A DNA stretch of 60,677 nucleotides from Carcharhinus longimanus (GCA_030264375.1 JASCQW010000190.1:94235050-94295726); one strand, 5' to 3'; counted from the first letter of the stretch, positions 25,683 through 37,684 are shown. Numbers and translations are program-made. The notes: generated by a model from the letters alone, not told the origin.

Positions 25683-26867
25683 GTGCGAGTTGTCAAAGAT
25701 CATAAATGAAACCTCTGCCGCATAAGCTTTAAGCGATGCATCTTCGAATCATAAAATCACCTTCCCAGAATCCTGCAAATTCATAAACTCGATATAATGC
25801 AAACCTCCCTAGAATCCTCTGACATCAAAGCGCATCAAAAAATATGAATTTCTCCTAATCCAAATAGAAAAACAGAAAAATAAGGTTGTGAAGGAATATT
25901 ATGATTTAAAAAGACATTTTCCTGTCTCATCTCAGTAGCTTCTAGTTAAATAGGCAAGATTAAATTTGTTTCATACATTGATATAGCAGCATGGAGGGAG
26001 ATTTACTCTTCATCTGCTAGTAATTTGAGTCTGCATTCAACTTCAAAACCCACATGTAAGACTAACATTCTTTTATCCTTATTAAGAACCAAGAATTTGG
26101 TGTTGTAGAAGTGGGGGGTGACATTTTGAAGCAGATCACATCCTTTCTCAGATTTCTTGTCAGTGGAGCTATGTTTCTAAACTCAGTGGGCCCAGCAGTA
26201 GTATACCAATGCATCCCTATCAGCTACTACTTTCAGCTGTTGCTCTGCTGCACTACTACTGACATTTAAATGACAATTTTCCCTCTCATTCTTGTCCAGG
26301 CTTTCTTCTCCGATTTTTTGAAGTGAGCAGGGTAGATACAGGGAGAAATGCAAATTCAGCAACAGCCAGCACTAAAATCAAAGCAGTCACTGAAATTTCA
26401 TAACAATAATGGAGTGGAATACACTAATGGGAAGACACTGTATGAAATGAAAGCAAGGGTCAATGTATTTGTGGATATGTCAACTGACACACAATGGCAA
26501 ATTAAGGGTATTAGAAGTTTTGTCATTTCAGTGTTCAATTTATATGAAGGTCGTGGATTTATTTGGAGTGGCAATTGTTGGTTGCCTTGTACCTGAGTAA
26601 AAATGGTTACAAATACTATTATCTGACCTCAGACTGTTTCACAAGGCAATGGGGGAAGCAAGCTTTACTCTTCATGTAACCTGAATTTATCCGATCTTGG
26701 TCTGCTGAACAGAACATTGGCTGCAAAAGATCCTTATTTCTGAGCATTTAGATGTCTCATCTTGATAATTTTTTTTAAACTATGGTAATGTATTGCTAGC
26801 CAATTAAAATGTGATCATACATGAATCTCAGAGTCTGTCCTGATAGTAATCTTTATGGAAAGGATAT
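25683..26867 (-). other. BRCC3: U12-type (minor spliceosome) AT-AC intron of BRCC3
   Basis: 5' end ATATCCTTTCC; branch-like TCTTTGAC ending 9 nt before the end of the intron (..GCAC); only this junction keeps the AE|RL frame. Confidence 0.92.
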
Positions 26868-26987
26868 CTCAGCTTCAGTAGAAGCTGCAGAAAGCTGCTC
26901 TGGAGAAATTTCCACACGATCCTTGCGTTTGTCTGAACGGCGAAGAATGATGACAGAATGAATATGAACTATTCTGCTTGTGTCAAC
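26868..26987 (-). CDS. BRCC3: BRCC3 coding exon 2
   Basis: tttcag acceptor; VDTSRIVHIHSVIILRRSDKRKDRVEISPEQLSAASTEAE. Confidence 0.96.
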
Positions 26988-27639
26988 CTGAAACAAAAAT
27001 GAAGAAGTTAATTACCTTCTGTTTCATTATAGCATATTAAAGGGAATTGGTGGCAAACTGAGTTAGAACATTATCTCTTATCCCTGGAAGCTGGTCTCAT
27101 GTCCAGCCAGAGAAAACAGATTAAAATTTTATGTCTGCTGACTGTGAGCTTTTGCTGTTCTAATTAAACTTGAGATGATTGTAGAAATGGAAATGTCACA
27201 CAAGTGCAATGCAGAGTGATCTACCGAGATTCCAAATAATTGGAGTATTGGAGTAAGATAGAGAGACCTCTGCATCCTATTCATGTTATACCTGAGTGAT
27301 GCTGATACTGATTAGCTAAAATGAAAGTATTCTGTTACCCTATTGGCAACATGCTTCAGAACCAGGTAAACATAACACAAAAACACTATCGATGCTGTAT
27401 TTCTCCAATCAATCATTTGGCAGAAGTGTTGCCATGTGGCAAAAGACTGGGCTTCCATTAATCTTGAGGTTTATTTATTCAGTGTGTGCAGTCACAGAGC
27501 CAAGCAACAGCCTTGTAAATGGCTAGATGGAGTTCCTTAAGCCCTTCAAGTTTAGTCACTGGATATTCCTCAACCATAAAAGATAAATGAAAGAATGAAA
27601 AATATTAGATCTTGAGCAGTCTTGTCAGGACAAGTGTGA

Positions 27640-27925
27640 AAGGCATATTTCTGTAGTGGGAAAATCTACAATAGGGCCTATTTAGCAGGTGAGGAGAAAT
27701 ATTTTCCTCTAAGAGGGTTGAAAGCCTTTGGAACTCTCTTCTCAAAAAGCAGTGAAAACAGAGACTGAACATTTTAGGGCAGAGCTAAATAAATTTTTGG
27801 TAAACATGGGTTAAAAAGTAATGAGGGGCAAGTGGGAATGCGGAGTTGAGGTTCCAATCAAATCAGCCATAATCTTATTGAATGGCAGAAACAAGCTTGA
27901 GGAACCAAATGGTGTACTCCTACAA
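27640..27925 (+). mobile_element. CR1 LINE 3' end, old
   Basis: ..ATCAGCCATAATCTTATTGAATGGCAGAA.. tail. Confidence 0.6.
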
Positions 27926-28696
27926 CTTGTTCATATGGCAATGTGAATCTTTGTTTGGGCCACACCATAGCTGCAGCTGGGAAGGTATTGGTGACCCAAT
28001 AATATTACATGGCTGTACAGAAGCCATGGCCGGTCTGGAAAGCTTAGAAGGGCCCACTATTGCCATGGGAGGTCAAAGATGGGCAGTGGGGTCTAGGATG
28101 AGAGTGGTTTCTGGTGAATGTTTTCTCCTGCCATAGATCCTCAGTGTAGTGGGTTTAACCATACAGGCTGCTATGATGGAAGGCATACTGCTTATGGATT
28201 GAAGAGGTCATTCAATAAGGACAGTTGGAGTAGAACTTCTCTAGTACCTTCCCTGGTGCAATTAACCCTTTAACATATGGAGGCAAGGGTGACAATGTTA
28301 TTGAGGACTGGGAGATGGGGGAGGTGAGTTGGCTGAAGAGTACACGATAGTGCACATTGTTAAGTTGCATGTCGACAACTTTGGTGTGGACAGATTGGTA
28401 GTACATTCATGCACAGTATTCTTGTAGTGAGTATGTGATTGGGGGGGGGGGCNNNNNNNNNNNNNNNNNNNNNNNNNNNNNNNNNNNNNNNNNNNNNNNN
28501 NNNNNNNNNNNNNNNNNNNNNNNNNNNNNNNNNNNNNNNNNNNNNNNNNNNNNNNNNNNNNNNNNNNNNNNNNNNNNNNNNNNNNNNNNNNNNNNNNNNN
28601 NNNNNNNNNNNNNNNNNNNNNNNNNNNNNNNNNNNNNNNNNNNNNNNNNNNNNNCAGATTTGGGCACCTTGTCTTTCAGTGGTCATGTTGTGGAAA

Positions 28697-28809
28697 TGCC
28701 GGTGTTGGACTGGGGTAAGCACAGTAAGAAGTCTCACAACACCAGGTTAAAATCCAACAGATTTATTTGGCAGCACTAGCTTTTGGAGTCTCAAGCTCCT
28801 TCATCAAGT
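28697..28809 (-). mobile_element. Short Penelope-associated repeat with a decayed hammerhead-like core
   Basis: TTGATGAAGGAGCTTGAGACTCCAAAAGC..AATAAA..GTTGGA..AACCTGGTGTTGTG; related 3' half at 25200-25275 (+). Confidence 0.55.
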
Positions 28810-29029
28810 AAGATTTCTTTCAGCGGTCAGCAGCTTTGCAATAGTGTCATTTAGTGTGCCTTCCAACTCAGGGTACATCTCTCAGCTAATATGTTACAGC
28901 AGATGTTATCTGCAAAGATAAACTTCAGGGATTGGGTTGGAGGTAGACCATTGTTGTACAAGGTGGTTGGAGTTAAAACAGAGACCTGGGCTTGCCCTTT
29001 CTTCAGGTTCTAATTTTGTCACCCTATGC

Positions 29030-29490
29030 ATTCGAACCACCTGTCCCAGACTAGCAGTTCAATGGGATCAGTAACCAAGAGGGGGAGAAATCTTGAAGTT
29101 CAGGTGGTTGATTGAGAGAATCTTGGAGGAAGTACCCAAAAATAGTTTGTCCCTATTGGATTGAATCTGGATATTATAGTTATCTTGCAGTTCCTGGAAA
29201 TATTTCTACAGCACTGACCAAAAGGAGAGCAGCTGAGTAAGAACAAAGCTGGTGATAAGGTGCAGTGGGAAGATCAAGTCTAAGAGCAGGAGGATTTGGA
29301 GCTGAGCGAGAGCAGAGCTGGAGGAGGAGCAGAGTTTGCTAAAAGGTATAATGGCAGAGCAAAGGTGTGGCCAGAAGGATCACAGGCAAAAATGGGATGA
29401 GTGAGGTCAAAGTCAGTGCAGAGAGCAAGAAACAGCAGAACCTGAAGGAGCCAAGATCAGTGTCAAGGGCAAATATGAGCTAAGAATTTA
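29030..29490 (-). mobile_element. Degenerate L2-clade LINE fragment
   Basis: Purine-rich plus strand; LRSAERLWRK-like remnant on the minus strand. Confidence 0.4.
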
Positions 29491-30080
29491 AGAACTAAGA
29501 TAAGGAACTAGAATTATTGAATCAGATTTTAAATCTTAAATGTTCTTTTTCAGAATTTTACTTAGTCGTCCTAGAACTAAAGATGTGACTGGACACTTCA
29601 GTCTAGTTAGGAACACATCTAGTTTCACATGGGAACTCCAGGAAACTTCTCATGTCCTGGACAATGACATGTGCAGAACACGTTTGAACTCCAGGTTTTG
29701 GAGTTTGAGTGGAGCTAAAGTCAGAGAGTGCAAACACAAGACTGGGCCTCTTTTAAGGTCAAACCAAATAAACTCAAGTTAAATCAGACCACAAGACTGG
29801 GTTTCATAGGTAACACATTTCAACAGATGGTCACCCTACAGGTTATGGATGTGGCAACAGTGGTTACTTTAACCATAATGGTGGGAATGTTTTTAGAAAT
29901 TATAATCAGGGATAAAATTAACAAGCACTTGGATTTGGGTTGATTAGTTAAAGCAAACTAGCACAGATTTGTTAAACACAAACTATATTTTAATTAATTT
30001 GATTGAGTTTTTTCACAGGTGGCCTGTCCTGGTACCTAACCACGAATCAAATTTTTCATGCAAAGTTAAGTGAAACAAAA

Positions 30081-30424
30081 TGGGTGGCATAGTAGCACAG
30101 TGGTTAGCACTGCTGCTTCACAGCTCCAGGGATCTGGGTTTGATGCCCGACTTGGGTCACTGTCTGTGTGCAGTTTGCGCATTCTCCTCATGTCTGCGTG
30201 GGTTTCCTCCAGGTGCTCCGGTTTCCTCCCACAGTCCAAAAATGTGCAGGTTAGATTGATTGGCCATAATAAATTGCCCCTTAGTGTCCTGATATGCATA
30301 GGTTAGAGGGTTAGTGAGTAAAATATGCAGGGATATGGGGATAGGGCCTGGGTGGGATTGTGGTCGGTGCAGACTTGATGGCCGAATGGCCTCTTTCTGC
30401 ACTATAGGGTTTATATGATTTCTA
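30081..30424 (+). mobile_element. Full-length HE1-like V-SINE with CR1-type tail
   Basis: tRNA head, V-domain, tail ..GGCCGAATGGCCTCTTTCTGCACTATAGGGTTTATATGATTTCTA. Confidence 0.88.
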
Positions 30425-31482
30425 AATGCATTCACTAATTTTCTTCCACCCCATGTGCCTGCCTCCCTCGAATCCAAATCCTAAACCTTTTAATTTGATC
30501 CGAATGCCTGGATTAATTTCTTGTTGTTCTGTTGACACATAACGAATGCTCGCATTTCTCATCTCAAAAAGACAGTCTTCTCTACATTTCTTATCAATAT
30601 CTGAATGCTTTCACAAATGAAACTTTCAACACAAGAACAGAATAGCAAACTGTTAAGGAACAGTGAGCTCCAGGCAATTCATGGAACAAAACCGAGGCTT
30701 AGTTGGCATTAGGTGCTGACCTTGTTCTCCCCTCCATGAGTTATAAACTATGATGGCTAACAGCTGGTTTCTGGGCTGAGTTATTCAGTTTCTGTGTCCA
30801 TTCAGTAGTAGAACAAACACTTTGGCCTGTTGCTGTGATGATGGTGGCTCAAATCTCTGCTGGAGGTAATGCTATAATCAGATACTTATTGGAATTTTAA
30901 TAATTTCACAGCATTATTATGAACTAATCCAAAATAGTGCAAAATTGCATAAAGCAGGCTCTCCAGCTCCAACGCAATGTGGCTAAAAGGGAATTCAGAA
31001 GAATTTGTTTTCCCTTTATTCTTTCAAGGGATATGAGCATCGCTGGCAAGGCCATCCTTAATTTCCCTTCCATTGAGAGGGCTGTTAGGCCATTTTGGAG
31101 GGCAGTTAAAATTGTTGTGAATTGGAGTCACTAGTAGGCCAGGTTCTGTGCTGTAACAATTCTGTGAATTACTCTACTGTAGTGCAGGGGTCCTAACAAC
31201 GATCTGACCAAAACCCAAATAGCAGAGAGCTGGGGAAGCATAGATCCAACATCACTTGTTCTTCCCAAGCAAACTACAGTTATCAAATTTAAATAACTCA
31301 TACCATTAGAATGGTCTACAATGGTTCAAAGCGGCTCACATTACCTTCTCAAGGGCCATTAGGGATGGGCAATAAATGCTGACCTGGCTAGTGACGCCCA
31401 TATCCCGTAAATGAATTAAAAACTCAAAATGTTACTTTGTCAGGAAAAAAAATTCTATTTGAATAAAACAATAACAGCTTTC

Positions 31483-31920
31483 ATAAGAACATAAGAAATA
31501 GGAGCAGGAGTAGACCATATAGCCCCTCGAGCCTGCCCCGCCATTCAATAAGATCATGGCTGATCTGTCGTGGCTCAGTTCCACATTCCCGNNNNNNNNN
31601 NNNNNNNNNNNNNNNNNNNNNNNNNNNNNNNNNNNNNNNNNNNNNNNNNNNNNNNNNNNNNNNNNNNNNNNNNNNNNNNNNNNNNNNNNNNNNNNNNNNN
31701 NNNNNNNNNNNNNNNNNNNNNNNNNNNNNNNNNNNNNNNNNNNNNNNNNNNNNNNNNNNNNNNNNCATGGGTAGATAGGTTTTTCATAGACAAGGAAATT
31801 AAGGGTTATGGGGAGAAAGTGGAACTGATCCACTTCAGATCAGCCATGATCTTGTTGAAAGGTGGGACAGGCTCGAAGGGCTAGATGGCCTACTCCTGCT
31901 CCTATTTCTTATGTTCTTAT
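31483..31920. mobile_element. Two oppositely oriented CR1 3' ends flanking a gap
   Basis: 31483-31567 is the reverse complement of 31836-31920 (about 7 mismatches in 85 nt). Confidence 0.8.
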
Positions 31921-32109
31921 TTTGAAAAGGACTATTTAGAGAAGTAATTGCAAAACCTCGACAGAGGTGGGGATGGGATGAATGGTCTCCTGCAGTATTA
32001 TTTTGTAAGCAGCATCGCATTGAAGGAGTGATAGAAATTCAGGCAGTGCCAGATGGTTGGTCCTGACGATGGGATGGAACAGCCTCATGAATGATGCCCA
32101 TCCCATCCC

Positions 32110-32710
32110 CAGGAAGGCCGGGGGAGGGGGAGGGGGTCAGGGAAGGGATGGGGCTGGTTGCCAGGGTAACAGTGCTCTGACCGGCTGGGGAGGGGGGCGG
32201 TTGTCAGGGTGACGGTCTCCCGGTTGCGTAGGGAAGGCTCGGGCGAGGTACCTCTCCGATGCAGAGTCCCATCACTTCCTCCTTCTCGGTGGACAGGGCA
32301 TGATTTAAACAGACCAGGAACGCGTCCGAGTCCAAGTGAACCCCGCACACCGCCATTGTCCGGCCCCCCGGATCGGATGTAAACTCCCTTTAACCAAAAC
32401 CGGATCCCCTTCCCCGGCAAACATGGGCAGCAATCGGTGCCGGGTGGAACAACGCGGCGGCGCAACTGGGTTCCGGAACATTCGCCGAGTGAAATCGGAG
32501 CGAGCGGCAGCAAAGAAAAATAAACCGAGTGATCACACCAGGCGTGGGGAAGGCCGAGGGAGTCCGCGTTGTTCACTCGGGGGGCTGTCAGGCGGGGTTG
32601 AGATGTTATTTACCCCTCAGCGGCTCATACTGAGCTGAACCCGAGCAGATTATGAAGTGACACCGGCTCTCCAGCAGGTGAAGGGCAGGAGGAGACTGAA
32701 TTCAGGCTGG
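32110..32710. promoter_or_regulatory. CpG island / bidirectional promoter shared by BRCC3 and CMC4
   Basis: The only strongly CpG-rich tract in the window; contains the BRCC3 ATG, palindromic ETS-like TTCCGGAA (32471-32478) and candidate plus-strand donors CAG|GTGAAG (32677) and CTG|GTGAGA (32709); same head-to-head layout as human BRCC3-CMC4/MTCP1. Confidence 0.8.
32252..32356 (-). CDS. BRCC3: BRCC3 (Lys63-specific deubiquitinase BRCC36) coding exon 1
   Basis: acaATGG start; MAVCGVHLDSDAFLVCLNHALSTEKEEVMGLCIGE; gtacct donor. Joined CDS is 786 nt = 261 aa + stop. Confidence 0.96.
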
Positions 32711-32923
32711 TGAGAAAAATACATCACTGTTCACATGAGTTATAATCTTTAAACAGACTCATAAAGAAAAGCTATTAACTTTCACATCCTGAGATTCAAA
32801 GGAAGCTGCTCTTGCATAAACCTCCCCCCAGCTAAGAGTCCAAATGAAGTGGAATAAAAATATTAATCCTAGTTATTGCAAATTAACGTCAGTGAGTCTT
32901 TGACCAAAGGAAGAAACTGGTTT

Positions 32924-33212
32924 AAAGTTTTATTAGTGTCACAAGTAGGCTTACATTAACACTGCAATGAAGTTACTATGAAAATCCCCTGGTCTCCACA
33001 CTCCGGTGCCTGTTTGGGGACACAGAGAGAATTTATCATAGCCAGTTCACCTAACCAGCGCATCTTTCAGACTGTGAAGGAAATCAAAGCATCTGGAGGA
33101 AACCCATACAGATATGGGGAGAATGTGCAAATTCCGTGCAGTGACTGGAGCTGGGAATCAAACTGGGTCTCTGGCTTTGTTTATCAGTAGTGCTAACCAC
33201 AGTGCCACCGTG
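32924..33212 (-). mobile_element. HE1-like V-SINE (second tail type)
   Basis: Tail ..GTAACTTCATTGCAGTGTTAATGTAAGCCTACTTGTGACACTAATAAA. Confidence 0.8.
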
Positions 33213-33829
33213 AATGCAAACACATGGAGATTTCTTCTATGTAGTTGAGAGATATACCAAAGTAGGTAAACTAAAGTCACCTCAACTTGAGTGTTTAGGA
33301 GTAGGATATATCTTGATGGGAGGACGTAATTTTAGAGGCATCAGCAAACTTAGCAGAGGTTTTGAAACCGGCTCAAGATAGTGTTTACACTTGTTGCCAT
33401 ATCCAAAACCAATAGTGGGCAGTAATATGGTCAACTTTGGATTTTAATGTTAACTTTGTAGACACCACATACAGTGATGGTACAATCATGGGATACTTAT
33501 TGCTGTCTACAGCTAAATATAAATGTTTTAGCTACTGCCAGAATTTGGAACAAAATTCCTGCTAGGCAATGTAAACAGGGTGGAGCTGGTGATTATAATA
33601 ACAATAGTTTTGAAACTTGGAACAGAATTGTTCATTTTTTGAATTTTTAAGTTTTGGAATTTTTTGACACTTATTTGGAAATTTTGAAAATATAAGGTAG
33701 CTGCCCAAAACTCACTTCTTAAACAGAACTTCCCTACTTATTGGTTTGGTATGACGATGAAGGCACCAGTTCTTAAAATTTGAAACAGACGTACCTTCTC
33801 TGGAGAGTCCCATATCAGAACTATTCAAA

Positions 33830-34095
33830 AATCAGAGATCATTGATTCAGGCTAAGTGGCAGAAAGATTAGAGGGGACGTTAAGATTTTTTTACGTGGAG
33901 GATGGTGGGTGCCTGGAATTTGCTGTCTGAATTGGTAGTGCAGGCAGAAACTTTTAAGAAGTACCTGGATCTGCACCTTAAGTTCTATAAGCTGGAGGGC
34001 AGTGGGCTGTGTGCAGAAAAATGGGATTAGATAGGGCAGCTGCATGTCTTTGGTTCAGCTTGGACAAAATGGGCCAAATGGTCCCCTTCTATGCT
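33830..34095 (+). mobile_element. CR1 LINE 3' end
   Basis: ..GGGTGCCTGGAAT..AAGTACCTGGATCTGCAC..GGGCCAAATGGTCCCCTTCT. Confidence 0.6.
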
Positions 34096-34745
34096 TCGTT
34101 TCTCAAATGATGTAGAGACTTCAGCATGTTTGTGAAATAGAAACTGAGAAGTTACAGTATAAATGCACTTTGGGACTTTTTTTTCCATTTAAAATGACTA
34201 AATGAACTCTTAAATGTAACTCTTATTTCTGACCTAAACAAGAAATCTGGCATCAGTGTTGGCAGCTCCATGCTGTTGAGCTGGCTATGACCTTATTTAA
34301 TTACAAATGAAATCAACAGATTTCTAATCATCTCATGAATTTTTATTGTTTCTCTAAATATCTACTTAAAAGTCTTGCATTTTGCATATGGCTATTACAG
34401 CTCAATATCACATGAAAATGTTACAGATGCAAAATGTGAGTAACACTTACAGCTGATTAGCTCAGATATACAGGATATTTTATATTCGGAGATCAATATT
34501 TCATTTGCAACAATTAAAAGGATATTTTTTCTACTTAGACCATGTAGTCAAGGTTTGCTGAAGGATGGAACTCTATTCTTTGCCAACTGCATATCTTTGC
34601 TGCAGGAACAGAAAAATACCATCTACTACACAAATGATCACATCAGTTCCTTATAAAGCTCTCTCAATCAGACTTGATTTAGTCCTGAGCTCAATAAAGA
34701 TGCCAGATCCTGTTTGCTAACTGACGAGAATTTCAACTCAACGTA

Positions 34746-34930
34746 AAAACAGAAAATGCAGGGAAATCTCAGCCGGTCTGACAGCATTTGTGGCGCTATG
34801 ACAAAGGATCATCCAGGCTCAAAGCATTGGCCCTATTTTCTCTCCTCAGATATTGTCAGACCTGCTGAGATTTTGCAGCATTTCTGTTTTTGTTTCAGAT
34901 TCCAACATCCACAATATTTTGCTTTTATCT
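34746..34930. repeat. Second palindromic Penelope-derived repeat
   Basis: AAAAACAGAAAATGCAGGGAAATCTCAGC.. / ..GCTGAGATTTTGCAGCATTTCTGTTTTT. Confidence 0.65.
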
Positions 34931-35182
34931 TAGAATTTCAACTTAGTTTGGGCAGGTTTCTAAAGCATCTTTTAAAGATGCATCACTCAGTTATTAGACT
35001 TTCTTAATAAGCTTGGAATATGACCTATAATTGTGAGTGTCCTGCCTTACATAAATTTGATAAACAGATCATTTTCCTATGATTGAGGCTTTCTTTTTAG
35101 AGTATCCAAGGGAAGTGAGACAACTGTATAAAAATGCAAAACAAAAAGTGACATATATGCTCTCTTTTTCAGGCATACTGCC

Positions 35183-35240
35183 ATGTCTACCAAAGATCCC
35201 TGCCAGAAACAGGCCTGTGAAATACAGAAGTGCTTACAAG
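35183..35240 (+). CDS. CMC4: CMC4 (Cx9C motif-containing protein 4, p8MTCP1) coding exon 1
   Basis: ttttcag acceptor at 35172, gccATG; MSTKDPCQKQACEIQKCLQ; gtaaaa donor. Confidence 0.95.
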
Positions 35241-35358
35241 GTAAAATTCAGCATTTTCCCATTTCACTCCATGTACTTAGTTTGAAGTATCTCAGTCTAA
35301 CACTCATATATACAGTATTATGTATCTTAAATTAATTTTATTGAGACACTAAGATAAT

Positions 35359-36937
35359 GCACGTTCTTTGAGAGTGGAGATTGGAAATCCTTATGTAAAA
35401 GAAAGAATTCCAGTGAGACCAGCTGGCTCACAGTGGGACAAGAGCTGAGAAATCTGTCACAGTTGTTTTGGGTGGCATCTGCCACTTGGTTCAGAGTTTG
35501 GGATATCTGACCGCTGTTTGCCTCTTGGTTTACTTGGACTGAAAACTGACTGAGAACATTAGAGTATAAGATAAATTTTGTCGATATTTTCTGTGTTTCA
35601 CATGGTGTTTGACACTTTATCACTAATATTAAATATACAATTTTCTGTCGCGTTGTTGCATGTTGCTGATATATAACCCAGGCATTACTGCAGTACAGGT
35701 GTGTGGTAGTAACAAAAGTCCTAGTGTACAGAACAGCTGTTATGTTACAGTGGTCTTTGTGATCAAACACTGTTGCTTGTAATTTGTAGAAGGCTGAACT
35801 GCCCAGGCTGACCAAATGTTGAATCTCCTTGCCAATTGAGGCCTTTTGATCAAAATGGCCAAATTATGAGACGTGCTCAATGTATTCCAGAGTCTCTCCT
35901 TCAGTAATATCCCACAATTCAATGGCCTGTCACAGAATATCAAGATCTGCATACAAAGACTGGCCATTTGAACCCACAGAACCATGAGTTAGTGCCTTCA
36001 TAAGAGGAAGAGAAGCTGATGGGCAAGAAACACGTGGTTCAGAAATAGATATAGTTTTAGGTAATCTATATTTGCTTTATGTGAGTTGGGCATAAGATAT
36101 AGTTTAAAGTTTAAGTTTCATTTTTAAAAGTTGCCTGTAAGGCTGTGGGTTTGTTTAGATGCTTACGTTTTTAATAAGGTTATTACAGATCTAAAAGAAA
36201 TACAATACAAAAAACTGGGCTTTTGCCTGGCAACCAAGGGCCCACACAGAAAAGCAAAGGCAACTTGAGTGCAGTTGAAAGAATATAACCTAGAAGCAAG
36301 GAGCTTTGCACTGAAATGGCCAGAACAGACAATATTACAGAAAACAAGTCCCAGAAACCAGGGAATGTGACAGAAGAGGGTTCCAGAAAGAAAGTGAAGT
36401 CAAGAAACAAGGACGGGAATTTGAGAAACAGGTCATGTTCAGTGAAGTTCAGGTAGGGGCTCCAAGTTAAAAAGATAAAGCTGCAGAAAGCAGATGGAAA
36501 GCAAAGTGGGCTTATGAGAAGCCAGAGGTCCAAGATGACCATAAGGATGTCGAGTCCTTACTACGAGCCTTAGAAGCAGTTCTGTTGGCATAGCTGGGTA
36601 TCTGTGAGATTGTGTAGAAAGGAAGCTTGAATGAATCTGGTGCTGCAGGACAGTTGAAAATTGGAGGTGGATCCTTGATAAAGACTTCGAGAGAAAGCAT
36701 CCTTTGAGGAAGATTTCAAGGCATGTTCTTTGAGAGTGGAGATTGGAAATCCTTATGTAAAAGAATTCCAATGAAACCAGCTCACAGTGGGACAAGTACT
36801 GAGAAATCCATAGAAGTTGTTTTTGGTGGCATCTGCCACTTGGTTTCAGAGTTTGGGATTTCTGACCACTGTTTGCCTTTTGGTTTACATGGATTGAATA
36901 CTGCCTGAGAACATCAGAGTATAAGATAGATTTTGTA
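35359..36937 (+). repeat. About 220-bp direct repeats (35359-35581 and 36721-36937), LTR-like, flanking an RTE-like LINE remnant (about 35630-35990, minus)
   Basis: Direct alignment of both copies by eye; SAFYKLQATVFDHKD..LY...AWVIYQQH resembles the RTE-clade C-terminus. Confidence 0.6.
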
Positions 36938-36974
36938 TCCTGGTGTTATCAGTACAAATCTATATATATCAGAA

Positions 36975-37192
36975 ACGGTAAAGGTGCCATAGTCCCAGAT
37001 GATCATAGGTTGCTGTCCCCATTGAGGGAGAGTGCCGACTGGTGGTGATTTAACCTGAGGATCGCCACACCACACACAAGGGAGAAGGTTCAGAAGGCAG
37101 GGCCATCACGAATAACCTCGACCGGTACATGAATTGAACCTGCGCTGTTAATGTCGCGCTACATCACAAACCTGCTATCCAGCCAACTGAGA
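36975..37192 (-). mobile_element. tRNA-derived SINE (partial copy also near 50290-50380)
   Basis: Head CTCAGTTGGCTGGATAGCAGG..GGTTCAATTC; tail ..CTGGGACTATGGCACCTTTACC. Confidence 0.6.
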
Positions 37193-37684
37193 GAAGATGC
37201 AACAAAAACAAAATGCTGGAAAATCTCAGGTCTGACACCATCTTTGGATATATGAACAGAGTTAATATTGAATCTGGATGATCCTTCGTTAGAGGTATGG
37301 TATGAGTCAAAGACTGGTGTAACATAATTAATATTTTGTCTGATAAGTGTAAGCTGACTCCTGTCGCTCTGTTCAGTAACAGCCATCCACATCGCTAAAC
37401 AAAAAAAAGGTTAGGTCTCCACCCTAGATCTGACTTGTCCAATAGTAACAATGAGCTGGGATCATAACAGTTTTATCTTCATCACATTGTATTATGGTTT
37501 AACTTCTCAACGTAAACTAATGAACTGAACAGAGTAATTTCTGGAGGAAAAGAATTTTGGCTTTCTGTTCGGTGCTGCCAGACAACTAGCTGGGGTCTGT
37601 GATAGATACTCTGTATGAAAGAAATACTGGGATGAACACCTATGAAACGGGGTTGATGCATACTTTTTCATGCTTCTTTTATAG

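Noticed and set aside
30081-30155. tRNA genes at SINE heads
   Set aside because: The A/B boxes belong to tRNA-derived SINEs and continue into the V-domain; no complete cloverleaf was seen.
32085-32638. ORFs of 163 aa (-) and 100 aa (+) over the CpG island
   Set aside because: GC-rich chance ORFs overlapping BRCC3 exon 1 in other frames; no recognisable protein.
34237-34310. WQLH-containing stretch resembling MTCP1 'MWQLYP'
   Set aside because: Similarity is limited to 3 residues, and there are no supporting splice sites or neighbouring exons.
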